Shown: piece by piece, positions 47,497-54,419 of the stretch
How positions within the stretch are numbered: position 1 is the stretch's first letter
Layout: each line of letters opens with the position of its first letter
IMG/VR virus record: IMGVR_UViG_3300009170_000007
Location: 1 to 58,560 of that record
Source: a virus
Taxonomy: Duplodnaviria > Caudoviricetes
Strand: one strand, 5' to 3'
DNA length: 58,560 bases
Translations under genes and position numbers: made by a program
The notes under the pieces: model-generated
What the model was told of the DNA's origin: nothing
Database searches by the model: none
Seen by the model: only the letters and a program-made list of their open reading frames with translations

Positions 47497-47938
47497 AGCT
47501 GCACTCCTTGATTTGTATGAGGCCGCCACGTTTCTTCCTGGGTCCGCTCATCAGCTGATATTGATCACCCTCTAGAATATCCGCGTAAGCGTCTGCCTTG
47601 TAACGACCGTCTGCGCCTACCGGAACATCCACTCTCTCTGTTCTATAGCGAGGGCCAGCATTTTTGCCCCCCGACCAGGTCTGCCCTTGAATCTCTAGTA
47701 CTTGACCACTCGGGGTAAGGATACGGTCTCCGATTTGGTACTTCCATTCTCTCTCTTGCACATTAGTTGCCATTTCATCCATACGCTGACGTACTGAACT
47801 CATCAGCGTACGATGGAAATCTCGGGTGGGTTGAGTAATCAGGGGAGTAACGGCATGTTCCGAGTTAGCCGCAATGGCACCTTTACTGGCTACCTGAGCC
47901 AAAGGAGAAGTGACCTTGATTAGCTTGCTAGGATCCAC
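47483..47938 (-). CDS. Hypothetical protein with SH3-like domain
   Basis: KYQIGDRI.TPSG.V.EI; ends KKRGGLI. Confidence 0.6.
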   Translation of the reverse strand: MDPSKLIKVTSPLAQVASKGAIAANSEHAVTPLITQPTRDFHRTLMSSVRQRMDEMATNVQEREWKYQIGDRILTPSGQVLEIQGQTWSGGKNAGPRYRTERVDVPVGADGRYKADAYADILEGDQYQLMSGPRKKRGGLIQIKECSCGST

Positions 47939-48533
47939 GGTTTTGACTCATTTGTGCGAGGCCGCCTTGAGCGAACCGCTTGTTGCGGGAAAGGTCACGT
48001 GACGAGCCAGGACCTTCGGGATAGACCAGCATAGGACTCTTGGGGAGAGGGTCTCTGGAGAAACGTACTGGCCATTCTAGGTCAGGTCCGAATACGTCTT
48101 CAATGGCCAGGTTACGATGACGACCCTCGTGTCCGGTGATTTGGCCACGGATCTTTGACATGGGGTCTTGCATGTATTGCAGGAATGGTATGTCAGAGAA
48201 ACCTTCAAAAGGTCGGTTTCGGACGGTGTTCAGGTAGTGTTCCATGAACAGGTTAGGCGGAGGCTCTGACCACTCCCGGTCTCTCAAGAGCTTGGCATAG
48301 TGAGCTACATACGGGTCTGACTGCTCCTTCGGCAGGTATTGAGCTAAGGAGCGATATTGGTCGGGACGCATAGCCATGATCTGGCCCGGAGGAGCGTACT
48401 CTAAGGCCTGAGCTACTGAGCTAGGGGAATAAGCTTTGGCTATATGCGGGAGTTCCTCATACAAGCCGGAAGCCCGAGTTAGATGCTCGGGGGTCTGACG
48501 CGTGAGCGAGAGGAGTTTGTCAATCCAGCCCAT
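47928..48533 (-). CDS. ParB/Srx-like domain protein
   Basis: MRPDQY..LA, PFLQY, ITGHEGRHR.LA, PV; ends FAQGGLA; start MGWIDK. Confidence 0.6.
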   Translation of the reverse strand: MGWIDKLLSLTRQTPEHLTRASGLYEELPHIAKAYSPSSVAQALEYAPPGQIMAMRPDQYRSLAQYLPKEQSDPYVAHYAKLLRDREWSEPPPNLFMEHYLNTVRNRPFEGFSDIPFLQYMQDPMSKIRGQITGHEGRHRNLAIEDVFGPDLEWPVRFSRDPLPKSPMLVYPEGPGSSRDLSRNKRFAQGGLAQMSQNRGS

Positions 48534-49338
48534 GACTGAAGATCCATTCTTGAAGCTCTTTCGGGGACAGATGATAAGGAACATCTTCACCATCTATTAG
48601 ATTGTCTAGGTCTTCTGTGGCTCGTGGCATATTTTCTTGAAGATGTTCAAGTGCCTGACGCTCCTCTGCGGTGAAACCTTTACTTTGAATCCCTTTATGG
48701 ATCTCTGGAATAATTTCTTGGTCATAGTAGCTAGAGGGAGATTCACCCTTCAATAACCGAACTAAGTTTCCATCGTATAAGTCATAACTAGGATCAAAAT
48801 CATCCGACTCTAGAGACTTAAGCTTCTTTAAGGCTGTGTCCAGGTGGGGAATTTGCTCTGATGGATATAGCTTCATGAGATACCCCTTCAGGATATCTTT
48901 ATAGCTCACCCCAGCGCCTATATCATACAGTTCATCCCCTATTCCACCTTGATATAGGAAATCGGTTAGAGTTTTAGACAGTGATTTAGGGCTTACGGTT
49001 AAGTTAGCTTCCTTGAGTGCGCGAGCCATGCCTTCTTCCAATGGACTTGTGGCCATCTTCATGAGCGGGTCGGCGATCTGGTCGGGGACCGAGGCTCTTA
49101 GCGCGGTAGCGGCGGCTTGTTTGAGGATCTTGCGGCGCTGCGGGGACTCGAGGCCTTCTGGTGCGGGGCGATAGGCTGGAATCTCTTTGAGAACCTGGGC
49201 TTTTGAGACCTCGGCTAAGGGAGAGGCCTGTCGTGGAACGGGAAGATGGGTGACCTGTTCTGTGGCGAGAGGGATTTCCTGCGCCATTGTCTTAGTTTTG
49301 AGCGCGGCTCTCTTGGCGAGTTCTTGTAAAATGCCCAT
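48520..49338 (-). CDS. Hypothetical protein, first gene of effector cassette
   Basis: 272-aa ORF with GGAG RBS and its own promoter. Confidence 0.7.
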   Translation of the reverse strand: MGILQELAKRAALKTKTMAQEIPLATEQVTHLPVPRQASPLAEVSKAQVLKEIPAYRPAPEGLESPQRRKILKQAAATALRASVPDQIADPLMKMATSPLEEGMARALKEANLTVSPKSLSKTLTDFLYQGGIGDELYDIGAGVSYKDILKGYLMKLYPSEQIPHLDTALKKLKSLESDDFDPSYDLYDGNLVRLLKGESPSSYYDQEIIPEIHKGIQSKGFTAEERQALEHLQENMPRATEDLDNLIDGEDVPYHLSPKELQEWIFSHGLD

Positions 49339-49366
49339 GCGATGAAACTCCCAGGAGGATTAACGT

Positions 49367-49395
49367 ATTTTATACCTCCCGGGGAGTCTTGTCCA
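49367..49395 (-). promoter_or_regulatory. Promoter for 49338 cassette
   Basis: TGGACA-17 nt-TAAAAT; TGGACAAGAC shared with the terS promoter. Confidence 0.55.
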
Positions 49396-49398
49396 GTA

Positions 49399-50880
49399 CT
49401 ATACGGCGTATGGATTTCGGTGCGAGTGAGTAGTAGTGGCGTCGTCTGGGTCTACGTAGTCGTCTTCTTCCTCGGGCTCGTCGATGATGAGGAATCCTTG
49501 ATCTTTAGCGTACTGCATAGCTTGACTAAAGGTGTCGACTAGGTCGTCGTGATCAACCAAGGGGAAGGTACACACCTGCTCAACCAGGGGATCTACCCAA
49601 TTGCGCGGGTGTCCCGGATTCTTCTCTGATTCGGGTAGGAAGACCAGCCCATGACAGGGGAGATGAGAGACCGCGTGGAGACGTTCTACCTTGTCTGCGC
49701 GGCCAGGGTTGTATGCCCGGACTGGGATGACTGTTTGAAGCTCTTGACGCAGGGAGATTCCCGAGCCCTTATCTTCGATCAGAACGACGTCGGCTTTGCG
49801 GGCGTCACCCTCTGGACCATAGTAGGAGGTATCATACTCCTTCTTTACTCGCTGTCTTAGCTCTGGGAATCCTAGATGCTCGGTCCAGGCGTCGAGAAGG
49901 AGGATTCCGTAGCGGATATGGCTTGGGAGGGACGAGAAGTGAGTACGGATCGCGGGGGTGATCGCGAAGATGCCCCAGGTGGAGGACGCGGAGGGATCGG
50001 CTTCTTGCGTCTTGCGGTCTAGGGAGCGCTCGGTGAACGCCGTGTCATAGGACTGGATGATCAGCTCAAACTTCGGCGTAGGTAGAGTGTTGGGATAGAG
50101 ACGGAACCAGCCTTCTTGAATGATCCCTGACTCGCGGGGGTCGATCAACTCGGCGTGAAGCTCTTGTCGACCTAGGCGGGTGCCTTCGTACTGCGCGACT
50201 TGCCTGAAGAAGGGCTTGGCCAGGTTGGCTTTGTTCTCATAGGTAGAGCCAGTGGACACGACTACGGTGTCAGGCTCTTTCTTGGATTGCGCTATGAGCT
50301 TGCGAAGTAGGGGGATAGGCTTCGGTGTGGTGGATACAAAGACCTGAGGCAGGGTGCCCAAGCGTAGGCCGAACATGAGCTGATCCCAAACCTCTTGTGG
50401 ATAGGCCCAGGCGGCGATTTCATCGCACCAAGCGGCTGAGCACTGTGGTCCTCTAAGTCGTTCGGGCTCTTCAGCTGAGAACAGAAGAGCGGTGGCCCCG
50501 TTGGGAAAGGTCAATCGCCGCTTAGAAGGCTCGTACGTGGGCTTCTTGGAGGGGTGAGCGACGGAGAGGATGCCCGACTCACCGTCTACGCAAACGTCTC
50601 GGGTATCTGCGGTGGTCGGAGCGACGATGTGAATGCGTCGATGACCTTGCTCTACCCAGCGGAGGACTTGCTCGGCTCCAGCGCGGGTTTTGCCCCAACC
50701 TCGACCGGCAAGTGCAAGCCAGATCTCCCACGTCGTGGAGCGGTGAAGGGAGGAGTCAGGGTGGTCAGGGGGGAGCTGAGAGTGGCGAGCCCAGAGGGAC
50801 CAGTCGTGAATTAAGGCTGTGATCTCGTCGGGGGAAAGGTGCTCAATGTCCGCTAGGGTGAGTTCGCGGTCATTTCCCAC
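49399..50880 (-). CDS. terL: Terminase large subunit
   Basis: AGRGWGKT, LRGPQ, WCDEIAAW, STTPKP, SYDTA, IEDKGSG, HDDLVD. Confidence 0.95.
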   Translation of the reverse strand: MGNDRELTLADIEHLSPDEITALIHDWSLWARHSQLPPDHPDSSLHRSTTWEIWLALAGRGWGKTRAGAEQVLRWVEQGHRRIHIVAPTTADTRDVCVDGESGILSVAHPSKKPTYEPSKRRLTFPNGATALLFSAEEPERLRGPQCSAAWCDEIAAWAYPQEVWDQLMFGLRLGTLPQVFVSTTPKPIPLLRKLIAQSKKEPDTVVVSTGSTYENKANLAKPFFRQVAQYEGTRLGRQELHAELIDPRESGIIQEGWFRLYPNTLPTPKFELIIQSYDTAFTERSLDRKTQEADPSASSTWGIFAITPAIRTHFSSLPSHIRYGILLLDAWTEHLGFPELRQRVKKEYDTSYYGPEGDARKADVVLIEDKGSGISLRQELQTVIPVRAYNPGRADKVERLHAVSHLPCHGLVFLPESEKNPGHPRNWVDPLVEQVCTFPLVDHDDLVDTFSQAMQYAKDQGFLIIDEPEEEDDYVDPDDATTTHSHRNPYAV

Positions 50881-51247
50881 GGTTCAGGAGTCTCAGAAGC
50901 TTCTGGCGGGCGTCTTGATGAGCGGCTTCTTGCTCTTCTTTGGACAGAAGGGAGGAAGTGGTGGTGGATTTGGACCAGCGGGCGCGCATCTCCATCCAGG
51001 CTTGGGTCATTTGGGGGAAGTCACCCGAGGTGGCGAGATCGTGGAAGACTTTGGCTACGCGGAGGTTGGCCTCCTCTTCCGCGTGCTGGATCTCCTTCTC
51101 ATAGTACCGCTGGAGATCTGCGGAGGAGAGGTTCAAGTGTGCGGAGACATACTCGAGGGAAGCGCCCATACCGATGAGGACCTCGATTTGAGTCGAGTCT
51201 CGCTTATTGGGGTGCATCGGGACTGATGGGGTAGGCGCAGGGTTCAT
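50870..51247 (-). CDS. terS: Terminase small subunit
   Basis: HTH-like N-terminus, YY.KEI, ANLRVA..F..A..G, W...RARW; precedes terL. Confidence 0.8.
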   Translation of the reverse strand: MNPAPTPSVPMHPNKRDSTQIEVLIGMGASLEYVSAHLNLSSADLQRYYEKEIQHAEEEANLRVAKVFHDLATSGDFPQMTQAWMEMRARWSKSTTTSSLLSKEEQEAAHQDARQKLLRLLNRGK

Positions 51248-51253
51248 GTGGTT

Positions 51254-51283
51254 ATTTTACCGTGGGTTCTGGGGTCTTGTCCA
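51254..51283 (-). promoter_or_regulatory. Promoter of terS
   Basis: TGGACA-18 nt-TAAAAT, 6 nt before ATG. Confidence 0.55.
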
Positions 51284-51534
51284 CAAGTTTTCGTCTCAGT
51301 CGGTACACATAGGCTTTAGTGATGTTGTACTTCTTCATCATGTTGAGGGGAGAGCCCTTGGATTGGGCTATCTCGAGGAGTTCTTCGGGGGTTAGTCTGC
51401 GCATAGGGGTATTATACCCTATAGGGGTCTACTTGTATACTCTTTTTCTCTTTGAGCCCCGCGCTGCATGGCAGAACTCTAAGTTCAAGCGCTTTGGGGG
51501 GCGCTACCCAGGTGTCATGCAAGTTCAGGACATA

Positions 51535-51602
51535 GCCATATGCTGAGGCCATATGCCAGGTGGGTACGCCCATGCTGATGCCATATCACTGTGGCCCATG
51601 GA
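51535..51602. repeat. Cluster of short GCC(C)AT(AT)G repeats
   Basis: GCCATATGC at 51535 and 51548, GCCCATG at 51568 and 51594, GCCATATC at 51580. Confidence 0.55.
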
Positions 51603-51695
51603 CAAGCCGCTTGGGGTATGGTATACGCGCGCCCCCGCGCCCTCGCGCACAGTTGTTAAGTGTGGTCGGGGTATCAAAATAATTTGAGAAATATC

Positions 51696-51724
51696 CTGAC
51701 AGGAGGAGGGCAATACCTTATGAT
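51696..51724 (+). promoter_or_regulatory. Sigma70-type early promoter
   Basis: CTGACA-17 nt-TATGAT, followed by TTTGTCGGC as in the 8110 promoter. Confidence 0.7.
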
Positions 51725-51772
51725 GGGTTTGTCGGCAGGGAAAGGTCCCTGCCACTAACCGGAGATACTGCC

Positions 51773-52261
51773 ATGACCAAGCCCAAGAAGACCCTGCCCG
51801 CCAACCTGTGCGTGGCTTTCAAAAACCAGACCGGCGAACACACCGGTACCATCCTCGAGGACCGCGGCCTGTTCTGGAAGGTCCGCGACGACGCTGACGA
51901 GGAGTACCAGGTGAAGAAGACCAGCTGCACTGAGTGCGACCCGCCCACCCCGGTGGCTGGCACGCTGAGCGCCTCCCTGGCCTCCCTGATTAACGCTGAT
52001 CCCGCCCCCGCTGCGCCGGTGGAGAAGAAGGCCAAGGTCGAGAAGGACCCGGACCTCGTGACCCTGGCCGAACTGTGCGTCGAGCTCAGGATCGTCGGCC
52101 GGATCGCCCGCCGCCGCCTGCGCAAGGCCCTGGGTCAGGTTGGCACTGGCTCCCGCTGGGAGTGGAAGAAGGCCTCGGAGGAACTGGCCAAGGTCAGGTC
52201 CCTGCTGACCGTCGCCCCGCCTGTCGCCACCGCCCCCGAGGCTGACGCTGACGACGAGTAA
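51773..52261 (+). CDS. Early protein with C-terminal HTH-like domain
   Basis: GGAG RBS, strong GC3 bias; TLAELC..ARRRLRK..RWEW; acidic tail. Confidence 0.8.
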   Translation: MTKPKKTLPANLCVAFKNQTGEHTGTILEDRGLFWKVRDDADEEYQVKKTSCTECDPPTPVAGTLSASLASLINADPAPAAPVEKKAKVEKDPDLVTLAELCVELRIVGRIARRRLRKALGQVGTGSRWEWKKASEELAKVRSLLTVAPPVATAPEADADDE

Positions 52262-52291
52262 TCCAGGCAAGGTGGGGTAACCAATCCCCAC

Positions 52292-52345
52292 CTCCGTCCG
52301 GCGCTACCAGCGTCGCTGAAGAGCCTCAGCAAAGGCGAAACGGAG
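52292..52345 (+). ncRNA. Hammerhead ribozyme, type III
   Basis: CUCCGU-C, stem I CGGCGC/GCGUCG, CUGAAGA, stem II GCCU/AGGC, GAAA-CGGAG; complete catalytic core in an intergenic gap. Confidence 0.9.
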
Positions 52346-52348
52346 TAT

Positions 52349-53053
52349 GTGATGACTAACAATCGTGCGATCGAAAAGATCCAGAAGCTGCTGGCGCTGG
52401 CCAGTGACCCGGGCGCTGCGCCCCAAGAGGCGGAGACGGCAGCCCGTCAGGCGGCGTACCTGATGGCCCAGCATGACCTGGACCTGGGCGACCTGGCCGC
52501 AGTGGAGCTGGCGGCGCAGTGGGATATGACCACTCAGTCGGCTCAAGGCTGCAGACCGGGAAAGCGTAACGCGGTGGAGGTCCCGCCCTGGATAGGGATC
52601 ATCGCTTGGGGCGTCAAGATATTCACCCGGACCCGAGCTTCGAACGGCCTCGGCACTGTTACCTTCAAGGGACCCAGGGAGGACGTGGTCCTCGCCGTCT
52701 GGCTCCACGAATACCTCCTGCACCAGGCGTACGCAGCCAGTAAGGGCCTGGGCCTGGGTGAGGCTAACAGGTTCCGTAACGGATTCGCTAGCGCCCTCCA
52801 GGGGCGCCTGAAGGCTCTGGCCAAGGCCAGGGACACTGCGGACCAGGAGCTGACCGCCGGCAAGAGTGGCACTTCCTTGGTTCGGGTACAGGATGCTCGG
52901 AAGCAAGAGATGGACAAGTTCTTCGGTGACGAGGCCAGGGGACACACCTCCAAGGTCGGCCAGTCGATCGACGGTTACTTGGCGGGCCAGAAGGCAGCCA
53001 TCCCCACGAACCGCCCCCTGACCGGGTCTAGCAATCGTCTGCTGGGGAGCTAA
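52349..53053 (+). CDS. DUF2786-domain protein
   Basis: IEKIQKLLALA.DPGA.P.EA..A...A..LM..H; F..GF...L..RL; GY.AG. Confidence 0.85.
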   Translation: MMTNNRAIEKIQKLLALASDPGAAPQEAETAARQAAYLMAQHDLDLGDLAAVELAAQWDMTTQSAQGCRPGKRNAVEVPPWIGIIAWGVKIFTRTRASNGLGTVTFKGPREDVVLAVWLHEYLLHQAYAASKGLGLGEANRFRNGFASALQGRLKALAKARDTADQELTAGKSGTSLVRVQDARKQEMDKFFGDEARGHTSKVGQSIDGYLAGQKAAIPTNRPLTGSSNRLLGS

Positions 53054-53055
53054 TC

Positions 53056-53349
53056 ATGGACTACTCTGAGATCCTGGAGAGGGCGCAAGCCCTCGCCGAA
53101 GAGGCCCTGGCCACTGGCACTGAGTGGCCTGCGGAAAGGATGAACCTGGATAAGCGTATCGGCAAGCTGATCGTAGGGGAGACCTGGATCGCTGCACGCC
53201 GGGACACCATTAAGCGCCTCCGTTACTACGGTGGGTTCGAGTATATTGATGAAGAGTATCAGCTCGCCCTGGGCGACATGGTGTTCTACAGCCGGGATGA
53301 CGATCGGGTGGAGGCTGCCCTCATGAATCTTGAGTTCAACGAGGATTGA
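53056..53349 (+). CDS. Hypothetical protein
   Basis: GGAG RBS; LRYYGGFEY. Confidence 0.7.
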   Translation: MDYSEILERAQALAEEALATGTEWPAERMNLDKRIGKLIVGETWIAARRDTIKRLRYYGGFEYIDEEYQLALGDMVFYSRDDDRVEAALMNLEFNED

Positions 53350-53353
53350 TGCC

Positions 53354-53734
53354 ATGAAGACACTGATGCTGGCCGGCAAGGCCACACTAACCATCAAGAG
53401 TAAGAAGACAGGAGTACGCTACACGTACCGGTTCAATCGCCCTCCTGGGGATGATCCCGCACGCTGTGTCTGGGTCCGCGTCCTGACCGGACCTGACAGC
53501 TACAGGTATCTGGGCGTGCTTTGGCCTGACACCATGAAGTATCACCCCAAGGGTCAAGAGCCTAGCAGTCGAGCCATAGCTTGGGTGATCCAGACCCTGA
53601 AGGGCAGAGGGGAGGGAGCTCTCCTGGAGGATGTCGAGGTATGGCATGAAGGTAAGTGCTGCCGCTGCGGTCGCCAGCTGACCACGCCTGAGTCCATAGC
53701 CAGAGGATTGGGTCCGGAGTGCGCCTTAATGTAA
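53354..53734 (+). CDS. DUF6011-like zinc-finger protein
   Basis: C-terminal CCRCGRQLTTPESIARGLGPEC; GAGGA RBS before ATG 53354. Confidence 0.8.
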   Translation: MKTLMLAGKATLTIKSKKTGVRYTYRFNRPPGDDPARCVWVRVLTGPDSYRYLGVLWPDTMKYHPKGQEPSSRAIAWVIQTLKGRGEGALLEDVEVWHEGKCCRCGRQLTTPESIARGLGPECALM

Positions 53735-53752
53735 TCAAGCCTTGAAACAAGG

Positions 53753-53777
53753 TAGGCCCTACGGGGCCTATATTTTT
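53753..53777 (+). terminator. Intrinsic terminator
   Basis: TAGGCCC-TACG-GGGCCTA followed by TATTTTT. Confidence 0.8.
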
Positions 53778-54178
53778 GTGGGTACATATACCCACCACCC
53801 CACTAGTACGCGGGTTACTGAACGGCGCCCACTAACCAATTTGGTGCCATCTGGGGGCGCTGTTTCCAGTGGTTCCGAGTGGGAATTATTCCACTATGAT
53901 TTTTCTCACCAGTATTGAATAGCTAAGTTACTGATATATATACTTATTTTATTATCTTGAAGAGAAAAAGAGAAAAATAGGTAAAATATACAAGTTTCTT
54001 GCTGTATTTTTAACCCTATGATGATTGGGTATAAGTTATACCCCGCGCGCCCCACTGGGGGGATATTAAAATAAAAAAAAATATGTCTCCCCATCTATCG
54101 CTTTATAATCAGTGACTTACGCTAGTCTGGTGAGAAAAAAATTTCTCCCCAAGATAACCTTTGACCCATCATTGGAAA

Positions 54179-54232
54179 AGTTATCCCCAACAGAAGAAAA
54201 GTTATCCCCAATCAAGACCGAGTTATCCCCAA
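54179..54232. repeat. Three 12-bp direct repeats at 21-bp period (iteron-like, candidate origin)
   Basis: AGTTATCCCCAA at 54179, 54200, 54221, next to an AT-rich tract (53920-54085) and the primase-helicase. Confidence 0.75.
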
Positions 54233-54419
54233 CCATTCTCGAACTTTTACCCATTTGGTATATTTTTCCCGCCCCCACTTTAGGACATTGGGATATCATC
54301 TCCCCTGGTATAATATACCCACACACCGCCACCCGGGAGAACGAAATGAACCACGCATATCCGGGTGATCGTCTACCTGACCGATCCAGCCCGACCCGAC
54401 CCGACTTCGAGGTAGAAGA

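Noticed and set aside
51755-52953. Minus-strand ORFs of 136-213 aa
   Set aside because: Antisense to well-supported high-GC3 early genes
54179-54232. Possible mini-CRISPR array
   Set aside because: Repeats are 12 bp with 9-bp spacers, far too short; no cas operon
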